A stretch of DNA of 64,000 nt from Tricharina praecox (taxonomy: Eukaryota). The stretch lies in the NCBI RefSeq assembly GCF_024521635.1, contig NW_026250423.1, positions 62,001-126,000 of the forward strand, read 5' to 3'. This document shows, piece by piece, positions 11,207 through 24,439 of the stretch (positions within the stretch are counted from its first letter, which is position 1; the number at the start of each line of letters is the position of its first letter). The translations under genes and the position numbers were made by a program. Below the pieces are notes generated by a model that was not told the origin of the DNA, made no database searches, and saw only the letters and a list, made by a program, of their open reading frames with translations.

Positions 11207-13113
11207 CTAGTCGGAAAAGTCACCATCTTTGTCCTTATCCTCTTTGGGGTATTCCAGGCGCATGAAGAAGCTACACAGGACACCCTATAGAATAATCAGC
11301 ATTTTTCCGGCCAGAATAATGAAGAAGGGAAAATCGCACAGTAACACTGTCGATGAAGATCAGACCATCATCGAACTGGTGCACCTTGGCTTCCACATGC
11401 ATGCCCGGGAAGCAGTACTGCAGGCAGATCTTCTCGAGCCAGATGATGATTTCAAGTCCACGCAGACGGTCCTCGACATTCAACTGATCCTCCTTGAATG
11501 GTTCTTCCGCGACCCAGGGCGTAACCTTGAGGTAGCCGAGAGCCTGCGTGTTGCGGAAGTACTTGTTGTCCGGCAAGGCCATGTCGGCGTTCTCTGGAAG
11601 CGGCGGGCTAGGACCGGGCATGACCACCTCCAGAACCTCAAGTGAAAGGAAGTGCTTAAATTCGGTTAGCTTGCGATCGAGGCCCCTTGCGATCTGTTCC
11701 GGTGTTCCACGTCTGTTGAGGCCGACAAGAATTAATTCCTTGGCCATCTTCGGGTCCAGTCCAGCCATGAGGGAGCGGTCTGTGTCGTCCCACGTCGCTT
11801 CAGGGTCGAAAATACCAGCATAGGATCCGCCATAGATGGTGGAGCAGGCCATGTTCCATGAGCCCGGCAGAAGGTTTGACACGTGTATGCAGAGAACCAA
11901 CTCCTTTTCGGCAAGGTTGCAGAGTTCGATTGCTTCTTTGATATTGTCGATATACTCCGGACAAACGTTGTGGTAAATAACCTGCATTTGATTCCAGTAA
12001 ATAATAGTTACTGGAATCGGTGTAGGAAACACTTACGTAGTTGAGGAAGTTCCTTACGACCTGGCAAGCCATTTCCAACTCAGGGACCTTTCTGATCCCC
12101 AAGCCGTACGGGACCTTGTAGGACAAGAATCCACGGACAACAAATGCGAAGTCCACATCGTACTCCTGGGCATCGTCGCCTCCGTTGTCGTTGAAAGTGA
12201 TGAAATCCGTAGCCGCGAGCAGTCCGATCTGTTCGGCATCCAAATCATCCATCTTCTTCGGGTCGATGCCACCGGAATACTGCTTCTGGCCGGTTTGCAC
12301 ACCTCCCAGCCTCAGGTAGGAATTGAAGATGTTGATACGAAATGCATCAAACTTGCGTCTGGCCTTGTATCTCTGGATGCATGTCTCCATACGTCTACCC
12401 ACCGATTAGCACATCTCCTCTACGAACCGCGATCTCGAGCACTCACTGAGCAAACGGCTTAGAACTTGAAGATCCGACATATTAGTTACGACCGAGCACA
12501 ACGCTTACAGCGGTGATTGCGCACTGAGAACTCACAGAGCGTAGAGAGCTTCTTCAATGTCGGCCTCGGCTTTGGTAAGAGGCCCATCAACCACGTATTC
12601 TGCGCCAAACATTAGCCGCCGTATACCCTTGGTATCGCCACTGTCATTCGCTACCTTCGAATCCAGATGGTTTCGTCTAAAACATTGCCAGCCGCCGCCA
12701 CCGTCAGCACAACCATCCATTCCATTAATGATCAGAAATGCGCTCAAAAGCGCGCACTAGGCGGCTGCGAAGCATGTCGCCCAATCACCACGATGATAAA
12801 CACGGAGGTTAAATAAACAAACCTTGGATTTTCCGGTCGTTCCGCTCTTGGCCGTAGCGGGAGCAGGGCCGTTCCCCCCCTTCTTCTTCTTTCCCTTGCG
12901 CTTCGGCGCGGCGTCTGTCTCGGCTGCGATGTTCACGCCATTTCCAGCAGCTTCGAGATCAGCGGCGACGGCATCAGCAGCAGGAGCGGCAGCAGCAGCA
13001 GTCTCGAGCTTAGTCGATGTTGGTGAAACATCCTTGCTAGCGAGTTCCGGCTCCTCTAGTTTCGCAACCATGGAGGGAGCTGGAGGGCGGATGGGGAGAG
13101 TAATGGTAGGCAT
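11207..13113 (-). CDS. arb1: Argonaute siRNA chaperone (ARC) complex subunit Arb1-like protein; exons 13113-12823, 12676-12655, 12599-12536, 12464-12447, 12394-12037, 11981-11340, 11284-11207
   Basis: Spliced motifs KPSGFEEYVVDGPLT..E...E..LY, PFAQRMETCIQRYKARRKFD, FNSYLRLGGV, VDFAFVVRGFLS, VVRNFLNYVIYHNVCPEY, WNMACS and YCFPGMHVEA are typical of fungal Arb1. Phases are consistent across all introns. Confidence 0.85.
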
Positions 13114-13310
13114 GACGATGTGGGGGCGCCTGTCTGCGGAGTGGGGATGGTGGGAATTGTCGTCGGTGAAATTAAGATGAATCTCTGTGTTTGTGAAATT
13201 TTCGGTGGAATGAATTGTTTGCTTTAGGCAAGGATCCAGTGAGGGGCAAGCCCGCGAAGGGACGCAACCCCACCACCAAGTGTTCCACCACCTCCCAGAC
13301 TAGCTATTAG

Positions 13311-13351
13311 CACCACCACCACCACCACCACCACCACCACCACCACCACCA
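13311..13351. repeat. (CAC)n trinucleotide microsatellite in the approximately 410 bp divergent arb1/IPK intergenic region
   Basis: About 13 perfect CAC units read directly. Confidence 0.95.
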
Positions 13352-13523
13352 CGGCGGCTCTAAATTCTATACCAAGAGCGAGCAGCTTTCTACATAAGCT
13401 GAGCCTACTGCTGCTGGTCAGCTTGGGGAGTCGGTGCTTTCAATTCACATCTCAAAATTAAACATATCCAGGCAACGTCCGCCATCCCGTACAGACACGC
13501 GTCCTCACTCAGTAGTTTTCGGA

Positions 13524-14601
13524 ATGCCGCAACCCGCAAAGAAGCTTAAGGCCTCTGACCTCAAAGCCTTTGAGTTCGCCGCCGCAGGACAGTAAGTGAA
13601 CCTACCACTCCGTCTAGGCTTCCCCACAATCACAAATACGAACTCACCTTCTTCCCCACAAACCCAAAACCAAACTCAACAGCTTTCCCGCTCCCTCCCG
13701 TCCAACTAAAATGTCAAAACGAAGTCTAACCCCCGATCCAATGTCTAGTGAGGGCGTCCTCTCCGACGAATCCGGCACGCTAGTCGTCAAGCCATGCACG
13801 GCGCGCGAAGTAGCCTTCTACGAAGCGGCCATGTCGCACCCCGAGTTCGCCTTTTGGATGCCGACCTTCTTTGGCACGCTTTCCCCGGACGACTCTGTTA
13901 CTGCTGCCGTCGAGGCTGCGACCACCGGCACGCCTGTGGCACCCGTCGCGCACACCCGCCAGTCCTCGCTCGTCCTCCAGAATCTAACGTATGGCTTTGA
14001 GAAGCCGTGCGTGCTCGACGTCAAGCTGGGCGCGCAGCTGTGGGATGAGTTCGCGCCGCAGGCCAAGCGCGATCGTCTCGATGCCGTCAGCGATGCGACT
14101 ACGTCGAGGAGTATGGGATTCCGTGTGGCCGGGATGAAGGTGTGGAAGGGTGAGGAGGAAGGCTACAAGGTCTACGATAAAACCTACGGAAGGGTCTTCA
14201 CCGCCGAAAACGTTATCGACGCTATCAAGGAGTACTTCGCGTCCGGACTCGAGCCCGGGCAGGTCAAGATCGTGGCGAAGCGGTTTTTGGAGAAGGTGAC
14301 GGAGATCAGGGAGGTGCTGGAGGGACAGGAGAGCAGGATGTACTCGGCTAGCTTGTTGTTCGTATTCGAGGGCGACAGCAAGGCGTTCCAGCAGGCGCTC
14401 GAGGACGAGAAGAACCGCAAGCCGCAAGCCGAGGACGAGGATGAGGATGAGGATGAGGAGGAGGAGCAGGACATCAAGAAGGTGGAAGGACTCAAGCTCA
14501 TCGACTTCGCTCACGCCGACTGGACTCCCGGTCAAGGACCTGACGAGAACGCGCTGCAGGGAGTGAGGAGCATGGAGAAACTGCTGGCGCAGCTTGCGTA
14601 G
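13524..14601 (+). CDS. IPK2: Inositol polyphosphate multikinase (Ipk2/Arg82 family); exons 13524-13591, 13749-14601
   Basis: AAAGHEGVLSD across the intron, PxxxDxKxG motif (KPCVLDVKLG), GFRVAGMKVW, SASLLFVFEGD, an acidic insert and LIDFAHA. Confidence 0.93.
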
Positions 14602-14729
14602 GGGGTTACCCTCATCGCTACGGCTTGTTTTGGCGTATCTCATTTCTGATATCCTTTGTCTTCTTTTGGCGTATCTCACTTCTGATATCCTTTTGATTTT
14701 ATCAGAAATAGCTTGCTATATACGCACAT

Positions 14730-16024
14730 CTACAATTTGTATACAAGCTTTCCTGTGGTGCCTCGTCCCTCGATATCCTGCAAACTCGTCAATATATCTC
14801 TCACACACACTCGATGATAAGACAAACGTACCTTATGTGCCTGCTGTGCCTCCTCCAACGAGTAGATCTTGTGGATCTTAACATCCACCTTCTTCTCCTT
14901 TACAAACCGCAGCAACTCAGTCGCCGCCTCCGTAAACTCCTCCTTCGTGGTGAGGTACATAAACAGCGTCGGCCTCAAGACCTTCAGGTTCTTCGCCGAC
15001 AGCCGTCCGATAGAGAACGGCGGGACGACACCACTGGCATTGCCAAACGACACGAGACTGCCCTTCCTCGCCAGCACTTCCAGGTCGCCGTCGAACGTCG
15101 ACTTACCCACACCATCGAAAACCGCAATCACGCCCTGGCCCCCAGTAATCTCCTTAACGCGCGCCACCCAGTCCTCCTTGGAGTAATCAATCCCATGCGT
15201 GGCCCCGTTCTTCTCCGCCAGCTGCAACTTCTCCTTCGTCGACGCCGTCGCAATAATGGTACCCGCACCCACAGCCCTGAGGAGCTGACACAGCAGCAAT
15301 CCCACACCTCCCGCAGCGGCATGCACCAGCACGGCATCTCCCCTCTTAACCTCGTGCGCATCGCGGATCAGCGTGAACGCAGTGAGGCCCTGCAGCAGCA
15401 CGGCGGCGGTCACCCCCGGCTCGACGCCGGCCGGCACAGCGATCACATAGTTCGCGCTCACGGCAGTGTACTCCGCTTGCGACTCTGGCCCCATGTACCC
15501 GACGTAGTCGCCGACTTTGTAGTCGGTCACGGAGCTGCCGATAGCTACTATGGTGCCCTCGCCCTCGCGACCGAGCGTGTACGGCAGCGGCGAAGCGGGG
15601 TATACGCCGCCGCGGAAGTACTAGCACGGACAGACGGACGTGTCAGGGGCAATGCTTCCTAGTGTCAATCGCGAGAGAAACGGGGGGGGGGGAGACAAAC
15701 AGTGTCGATGTAGTTCACGCCAGCGTAGGCGTTCTTGACGAGGATTTGGTCGGGCTTGATGGAGGGCAGCGGGGCGGAAGTGGCGATTTCGAGGACCTCG
15801 GGCCCGCCGACGCGGTTGAACTGCAGCGCACGCTGGGTTTGCGGGAGTCGCGACATCGCGGAATTGATATGTGCGGAGAACGGACGGCTGTGGGGGGAAT
15901 GGCGTGGAGGGGGGGTGACTAAGATCGAGATTGAGATGGTGGGAATGAGGGCGGAGATGTATTTATGTGGCGGATATAGCGGGTGCGATAGTCTTCGTAT
16001 GATGATATTCGCAAGCCGGACCAT
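14730..16024 (-). CDS. NADPH:quinone oxidoreductase (zeta-crystallin/MDR family) with a putative mitochondrial N-extension; exons 16024-15701, 15620-14832, 14777-14730; second in-frame ATG at 15856
   Basis: Motifs GGPEVLE, YAGVNYIDTYFRGGVY, LGREGEG, LLQGLTA, VLVHAAAGGVG, FDGVGKSTF, VSFGNASG and GRGTTGKL. Similar to yeast Zta1. Confidence 0.93.
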
Positions 16025-16827
16025 TGGTATTATACATATACATACGCCGTGCCCTGATTGTTAACTACATACACAGGATGCGGAATGCGGGGGAGGCTGA
16101 GAGGGATTTGTAATTGCGGGGGCGCTCGTATCATAGATCCGCCGCAGTCAGTCGGACATCCGACGCAGTGATTCCCGCACCGCCTGCCCTCCATAGCTAT
16201 GAATGACGAGCTGTGCTGCACGCGTTACGCCATCAAGCTCGGTGTTTGTGCACTGGTGTGGCTGCTGGCTGCTGGCTATCTTCGGGATCGGAGTATGGGC
16301 GCGTTGGATATACACTTTCCTACATCCGTGTGGCTTTAGTAGGCTTACCAATGCATCACGGCGGAGAAAGGGTTCCTAGATAAAAGTGGGGCGACAGTCG
16401 CGAGCACTAGTTACTATCTAGGGGAACTGGTGTAGATATCAAATATTTGGTCCATGCCATTAATCCTATAGCCATAGAAATAAGATGAGATGAGCACGAC
16501 GAAAACCGCAACAGTCGGTAGGGCATAAAAACGGTAGAAAAACGAAACCACCAGACAAAGGCAAAGAAGCAAAGCACATTTCAATCGACACATCGCCATT
16601 CGACTCCATCTCATCGCATCGTACGCGCCCATCAACGCAAGAAAAATCAAAACCTCCCAAAACTCCGCCAGGTACTGTTACAATATCAAAATGAAGCTGC
16701 ACGGCATGCAGTACGAGTTGTCGCGGGGACGCGTGTAGAGTATATAGCTACACACATGTCTGTATGCATAGCATCAAGTTCCGTACTTCCACCTCCACGC
16801 CGGCCAGCGCCGGAAACTCACAAGCCG

Positions 16828-17440
16828 CTAATCATGCTGAACTTTATTGTCGCCCTTAACAACACTAGCATAGCTCGGAGGCTCCTCCCCCTGCGTCTGG
16901 GGACCCGTTCTGCTGCTGCTGCCGGCCGCCGCTTGGTGTGGTTCCGAAGCGGGCGCGACGTTGAAGCTGCCGTAACACTGCTGGTGCGGCGGAGACGCCG
17001 GTGTATACACCAGGCGCGGGTGACGGGGCGGCGGTTGCTGCCGACCGCAACCGCGTGACGGCGTCGCCGAGTACACGATCACTCCGCGTGGCTGCCCGGA
17101 CTCTTGGTCGATTTGTTGGTAGTCGTACTCGTCAAAGGCGTCGGGGTATTTCGCGACGATGTACCATGCATGCAGAAGTCCGGGGACCTAGGTAGCGGGG
17201 CAGGAGGGTTAGTGACTTGGGCGGGGAAGTGGGGGGTCGTCGCGCGGAGACGTACAAAGCCCAACATGCACAGTGCAATGTTGATGAGCGAATCGCAGGA
17301 GCAGATTCCTCGCTTCACCCAGACTACATAAGAGCTGTCAGTATCGAGCTTTTGGACTTCCGAGGAATCGGAAGTTTCTTACCGGGAAGAGGCGGGAACA
17401 GGATGGCGAGAACGATCAAGAAACAGTCTGACGAGCACAT
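16828..17440 (-). CDS. Pmp3/Sna (UPF0057, stress-response RCI) two-helix membrane protein with a C-terminal PPSY motif; exons 17440-17383, 17323-17256, 17187-16828
   Basis: Spliced product MCSSDCFLIVLAILFPPLPVWVKRGICSCDSLINIALCMLGFVPGLLHAWYIVAKYPD...EEPPSYASVVKGDNKVQHD*. Confidence 0.92.
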
Positions 17441-19778
17441 CGTTTTCGAGGCTACTGGGGTGGTGGTTTCGTGGGTTGGGTATCGGTTCTTGAGTGCAGT
17501 TGGTTGGTGCTTGTCGAATATCCGTGGCGACTCGAGTTGAGTCGAGTCGGAGTCGAGGAAAGAGATGAGTTGAAGATTACGGGGGAAAGAAGGTTGCGAG
17601 CGTCGTCATCCGATACCATCCGTTGCACCTGACGCAACACATGCACCGCCTTGGAACAAAGTCTCCCCCGCAAACCCGCCAATGGAAAGCTTGCCGTTCG
17701 CAGGGTTCTTGTGAGTCGATCCCCCGCCCTGCGCTTTCCATAGGTATCCTAGATCTGGATCCGATGAAAGATTTTGGAGCCGTTTGGCGCTCCAGATTTC
17801 CATGAGTAACAACCTCTCGTCCGTTGATGCTTCAAAAAGGACGCCACTGCCAGTTTCCTGCGATATCTGCTGATGTTTCCAAGGGACATTCCGTGACGCG
17901 AGGCAGCTGATCATAAGTGCCCGTTAGGTCTCGCGAAAGACATGTGGTACCTGGTACTTCAGCCACGACGAATACGGAGCATCACGCTTTACAGACCCTA
18001 CCCGCCAGTGGGGTTCAAGGGAGCTCTACTTGGAAAAGCTAGACTGCACTTGTCCACTCGTTCTTCACTGCTGGTCACCCGTTCTCTTATCCACGGTGTG
18101 AGGTAGTGGTTCTCGACTGCATTTCCGACTCCATTCACGGGTATCGACTCGAGCGACAATGACCGCACCGAACGGACCACTATTCACCCGACCCATTCTG
18201 CCATCGTTTGGAGATGTTCGAGCATTGTGGAGAGCCTCGACTCGCCCAGCTTTGTTTTCGGGTCCCGATCGAACACATTCTAACGACACGATAGATATCA
18301 CAATACCTACTTGAAGGCGTACCTACAAACATACATGTCGTCGTCAAGGTGTGGCGAATGACGGTGAAGATATGGAAATTGTACCCAGACATGAGGGGCT
18401 CGAGTATGTAGTGATGAAGGATGAAGGATGAAGTGGAAGCGAAGAGAGAGAGGAAGAGGGTGTGTGTCCCCTGGATGCAATGGACCGTCAACTCACACAC
18501 GACATCCGTCTAGGCCAAGTCGCAGTCCTCATTGCAACCACCTGCCGCCCTTCAAGGCAATGGCTCGCAGACTCGCAGTGACAATTGCAGTTGAGATATT
18601 CTTCAGCAGATGCTATGTACTCCAGAGTCTACACAGACAAAGTGCAACTTCGCGAGACTCGGCAGTTCAGCCCTATCCATACGTCCCACTTGGACCTGCA
18701 CCTTGCTGCCTAGCTTCGTCGCTGATGATTCGTGAATCGCGACTCGTGAGTGCTCCCGCGTCCCTTGCACCAAATACCATAAATACGGGCGGGCTTGGAT
18801 GTAACCGCTTATCATATGCTGTGTGGAGGGCCGGAGGCGAGGATAACATACGCATAGACATGTGTGGACCGTGATAGCCTTTTCCGTTACATACGAGTGG
18901 CTGCTTGCCGCCTGCTGCTACCTGCCGCCTGCCGCCTGCTGCCTTGGAGGATTACATTCCTTCGTTTATGTAGACACAGCGGCGGCAAGGCTCCACGAGT
19001 AAACGAAGCTTTACATTCCTTCGTTGATTCCTCCCAGGTCTCTCAACGCAACAGACAAGGCCCCACAAGTAAACGAAGCTTGCCGTTCGGATGGCGGTGG
19101 TGGTGGTAGAGGCTGTTGTGATTCACATCACTCATAGAGTCAATCATGATTCATCGCTATATAAACCTGACGGTCCTATCGACAACGTTATACCCAAGCA
19201 CCGTACTCTAGTCTGTAAAGGCCGTATGCGACGGTATCGAATTTCTCTCCCTCCCTCCCTCTCCCTCCCTCTCTCCCTATCGGCAACGTGAAGCCAGGCG
19301 ACATCCGCACCGCCTTGCGTTAACGCCACGTTAACGCCGCGACCTCGCCGCACCACAACCTACCATGATGGCGATCACGAGCCAGCAGCCAACACCGGTC
19401 GGTAAAGTTACATAGGGGGTGGAATCTTTCGCTGACAAACCCAAGGACTGTGTGGAAACTCGAATATGTAGGATTTTGATTCGGCCCACGGTGGTTGCTA
19501 TGTTGAATTTGCAGCGGTTACAGAGAGATAACAACGATCGAGGGTACTCTACCCATATCAGTACCGGTAGTAGGTATACCCACTCTGGTAGTATGTATGA
19601 GTACCTGTAGGGTTCGGCATCTGAAGCTCCGAGACAAACCCGCCCTGCCCTGATCTGAGCGCCTACACCTGTACATAGCATAAACACCGATTCAATTCAA
19701 CCTTAACGAAAAGACTGCGCCAAGATCCGCCGGAGTGTTTCCAGCCTTCGAGAATTCGCTTGTACATATGCAAAGTTA

Positions 19779-19886
19779 GGTTCTGTCGGTTCTGTCGGTT
19801 CTGTCCTGTCGGTTCTGTCCTGTCGGTTCTGTCCTGTCGGTTCTGTCCTGTCGGTTCTGTCCTGTCGGTTCTGTCCTGTCGGTTCT
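19779..19886. repeat. Minisatellite: 2 x GGTTCTGTC then 6 x GGTTCTGTCCTGTC
   Basis: Perfect 14-bp units read directly. Confidence 0.95.
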
Positions 19887-22800
19887 TCGAAGCTTGCGTA
19901 TGTAGGGAGAGTAGCGACGTGATGGATACCGTATGTAGTTGTCGTGAATCGCGATGGCTTACCTGCTTGCCTGCTTGACATGCGCATACCTGCATACTGG
20001 AGGCGAGGAAAATCGAGAGCGGGCGAGCTCTGGAGAAAGTCGCCTATATGAGTTCGTATTCTGCCGTATGTACAGAGTAGTACGGTTTCGGGGGCATGCT
20101 CACGCTTGTACATAGACAATGTAGGAAACCTGCCGCCGGAACATATCTGTAATCAGCTATGATCCCACCGGACTGCCAGTCTGGCGGCTTCCCCGAATCT
20201 TGGCCTCGCGGATGTCGCTCGCGAGGGCTACTCTCCGAGACGATAGGTACTCTACGCAGGTACTCGCCATAGGTAGGTAGTCAGTTAACCCTATGATCCA
20301 TCCAGCACCTCGACGGCCCTCCATCTCCATCTTTAAATTTGACGTTAACGTTGACACAGTAATAGTTCTATATAACGAAGCACGGCATCCCCCTACCTAT
20401 GCACCTATGCACCTACATACAGTGTGCTCACACTATCTCGCGTGGTCTTCATGCTGCATGCTTCTGCTGCTTCTGCTTCTGCTTCATGCTACTGCTGCTT
20501 CTGCCGCCGCCACCTTTCGTTCGTTCTCGCATCCTGCAGGGTTCCTTCGAAATCCGAAATTCGAATCTTCGCAGCTGCTGTATGGAAGTACATACTGCTT
20601 CGAGGGAGGGAGGGAGGTAGAGAGGGAGGGGGCTTGCCGTTATGTATGTATGCTACACGCATAGGTAAGCGGCTAGTGCATTATCCGGAAGCGAAGCGAG
20701 AGTTCGCCAACAGCCGGACGTGCGTGGGAGGAAGTCCCTACATACCTGCTGGTAGGTACTGCTACTGCTAGTAGCTATGGGTAGAGTACCTACGGTACGC
20801 CGCGATGCTCTAGAGTTGAGTTGAGGACTCGCCGCCGTGGTTCGAAGTTCGCGGGTTGTTTTTGCGACCAGAACGTTTGTTATGTAGGTGTGTATGCATC
20901 CAGGGACGCTCATTGCTCACGGACGGAGCTGGCCGGGAGCTTGCGAGCTCGAGGTTCTGTGGAGTCCGGACGTCGAGCTGTCGACGAATGTACAGTACAG
21001 CTTATGCATACCATTTTAGAACCAGCTACCGAGCCTGTACTCTACTCTACATATGCATACATAAGCTGTAGAGTACATACATGAATACGTGCAGACATCC
21101 GGCCGGCCCGCCCGCGCTGATCACCAGAGTAGAGTAGAGTGATCGACCGTGAACCGCAGATGCGATCTCATTTTCACCTCGTCGCAGCGCTCGTGCGTTC
21201 CGGATTGGGCTGGGATAGGATGGTGGCGTGGCGTGGCGTGGCGTGGCGTGGCGTAGCGTGAAGTGTGGTGGCTTGGCGATTAAGAAGATTCTCTCTGCCT
21301 TCGATCTGGTTTGCTGGTTGATCGGGGAGGTAATCTACCTTACTCTAGTGCTCTGGTTGTGTATGTAGAGTACTCTATGTATGCTCTGGTTGTGTATGTA
21401 CGATGTGTACGATGTGCGATGTGTAGAGTACTTTACATTAGAATGTGTAGGGTGGTTACTTGGTTATCTACCTCCACGTAGGTAGTTGACTACGAGTACT
21501 TAGATACCGGTATACAGATACTCTTGCAGTGCACATCTTCAATCTACGATGCCTACCGCGCGTCCGTCGACGTCCGGTTCGCCGCCTTCTTCTGACCGCA
21601 GGCCGGAGCCTTGAGAGTGCAAACGACGGTTTGGCTTCTCACCGAGGCCACAGCCTGCCGATCAGCGAAAGGGCTCTGCGGATCGACAACGGTACATGAC
21701 ATTGGGCTCCTATCTATTTGTTTTTTTTAACTGTATATACCGCGGTTTGGTTCGCAGAAGGAGCATGAAGGATTGGAGATAGGTCCGTTGGGTAACTTCA
21801 AGGTGTGCCAACAATAATCAATCGGTCAAGTTCTTGATAGATGGCTCCTTCAGGCTTTCACCTCCAGGCTCCTCCTCATTCACCTCCTCCTCCTCCTCCT
21901 CCTCCTATCACTCGACCAGCCAATCTCCTACAGAGGAGGTATAGTACTCTACCAGCTATAGTCGTTCGGAGTTCAAGTTACCAGGCCATGGACGTACGTA
22001 CTATGAAGTGGAGAATCGAGATACTCCAACCAGGAGACCAGCCACCGCACCCACTCTGTCGCGGGTGAACCGGATAGCCAAAGAACCAGAGCCTTCGCGA
22101 GTCCGACTCCGACTCCGTGCTGCTCGGACTATGTCGGAGAGCCGACCGTAGCGATCGCGGAACGGATCTACTGTACTGTGCGTCATTCGAAAGGATCTCC
22201 ATGGTCGGGGGGAGCGTTGTTGGCATCCCCCCCGCAGTCGGCTGTGCTTCGGAGCGGACGGGGGCTCACAGACGTTGAGCGGTAGTGAGAATGCCCGTGG
22301 ACGAGGTTGGTAGTGGTGGTGGTGATGCTCGGCGATCAATTGCGATTGCTTTTCTTTCTTTCTTCCTGATACATATCTCTTTACCGCCCGAGGATAGCTA
22401 CCTAATACCGTACGTACCCAGCACCCATGGCCCCGAAGCTGGACCACCTCTTCCGGCGCGACTTGGGCTCGGGGGGTTGCCAACTTGCCATCACAAAGCA
22501 AACATCAGTCAGCCACAAACCACACGCATGTAGAAAGCGAAAGTACCCATTGTACCTCCCATGTATACCCACGGGTACCAGGGTTCTGCAAGTCCTCATG
22601 TACTGGTACTCTACCCACATACAAGTGTAGTTACCTGCTCTAGTTATCTACCTACACCAACCGCTGTGCTTGTGGAGGTGAGTTACTCTAGTTATAAGAT
22701 TCTGCGCCTGCGTGCTCCCTTGTCAGTCCACACCGATGCAGTTTGGTGTTCTCATTCGCGGAGCCCATCTCGAGTAGGATGCTGAACAGGCTAGCCTCCG

Positions 22801-23213
22801 CACTAGCTCCACAACACCCCCCTCCCTCGCTCTCGAATCCCGGTCGCAGTCTGCTGTGGACGACCGACACCATCCCCATCATCTCTCTCGCCAGCCTCCT
22901 TCCTGCTCCTCCTCCCACCCACGCTCCCACCCACCACCACCACCTCCACCACCACCCCCCCACCCTCCACCCTCTCCCCAAACTCGTCCAGGCCCTCGCT
23001 CGTTTCGACAAAGTAATCGCCCATCCCGAACACTTTCGAGGATCCCTCCATCGCGATAAAAAATAAAAAATAAAACATCGAAAAGGACTTGCTACCAGAA
23101 GAGAGAGAGATACAGAAGAGAGACCAATGTGAGTACAATGCATTGCTATGCTAGTCCGACCGCCGCCACTCTCTCGCCAATCCCGTACCGCGAAACCGTA
23201 TAGGGGCGGAGGA

Positions 23214-23246
<33 letters not shown>

Positions 23247-23490
23247 GAGGGGTGCTGGAGAAAGCGAACGCGCACGCCCACTCCTCGATTCAAAGTGCCG
23301 CCGTGCTGACCCAGGACATGCAAAGCCGAACCTTGACCACTCAAAAGAAAAAAACGCCTCCACCTTCTTCAACCATCGGACTCGGGCCTCATCGCACATC
23401 ACACAGACGTCGCAGCGATAAAGCATTCATCCTCCGTCAACAGGAAACTCTCTCAACACCAACACCATCAACAACAACACCACACACATC

Positions 23491-24439
23491 ATGTCTCCCG
23501 TACGTTGTCTCCCGTCCATCACCGCCACAAGTTACCCCTTAATCCTCGCTTGTGGCGACCATCGCTATTGCACGTTCTCGCGGGTGCTGATTCCATTCGT
23601 TACAGGCACAGTTTCTGCGCGAATACAAATTGGTCGTGGTAGGAGGAGGAGGCGTCGGCAAATCGTGTTTAACGATCCAGCTCATCCAGAGTCACTTTGT
23701 GGACGAGTATGACCCTACAATTGAAGGTACACGATAGCTCCACAACCCTTCCCTCCGCTGTCGCCGGACTCGGTGCTAACACACGCCACCACCACCAGAC
23801 TCGTACCGCAAGCAGTGCGTGATTGACGATGAAGTCGCACTTCTCGACGTGTTGGATACCGCAGGCCAGGAAGAGTACTCTGCGATGCGGGAGCAGTACA
23901 TGCGCACGGGAGAAGGCTTCCTCTTGGTCTACTCCATCACCAGCCGGACGAGTTTCATCGAGATTGCCACATTCCAACAACAGATTCTGCGAGTGAAGGA
24001 CAAGGATTACTTCCCGGTGATTGTCGTGGGAAACAAGTGCGATCTGGACATGGATCGGGCTGTCAGTCAGCAAGGTATGTTGTGGACATTGGCGCCACCG
24101 TGGGACCTCGTGCCCGCCGCCGCCCATGTGCCTTACCGTTCTCACCGTCCTCGATGCTGATGTTTTTTCTTTCTCTCAGAGGGCCGTGACTTGGCCGCCC
24201 ACTTCTCGTGCCGGTTCATCGAAACCTCGGCGAAAGCTAGAATCAATGTTGACGAGGCCTTCTACAACTTGGTCCGTGAGATCCGTCGGTACAACAAAGA
24301 CCAGGCCGGAGGTTCGGCCTCGCCGGGTGGAGGTCCCGGTACCCAAAGCGGTGGCAACGGTGGAGCCGGCGGTGGCCCAGGATACAACAAGGAACAAGAC
24401 AACAACGCAGGCTGCTGCGGCAGTTGCGTCATCTTGTAA
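23491..24439 (+). CDS. ras1: Ras small GTPase (RasA/Ras1 type); exons 23491-23499, 23606-23726, 23799-24074, 24180-24439
   Basis: [56 protein letters not shown] and ETSAK. C-terminal GCCGSCVIL has palmitoylation cysteines and a CaaX box. Confidence 0.98.

Noticed and set aside
8312..15662. Long antisense ORFs over DAO, IPK and QOR
   Set aside because: Shadow frames caused by GC3-biased codon usage of the true genes.
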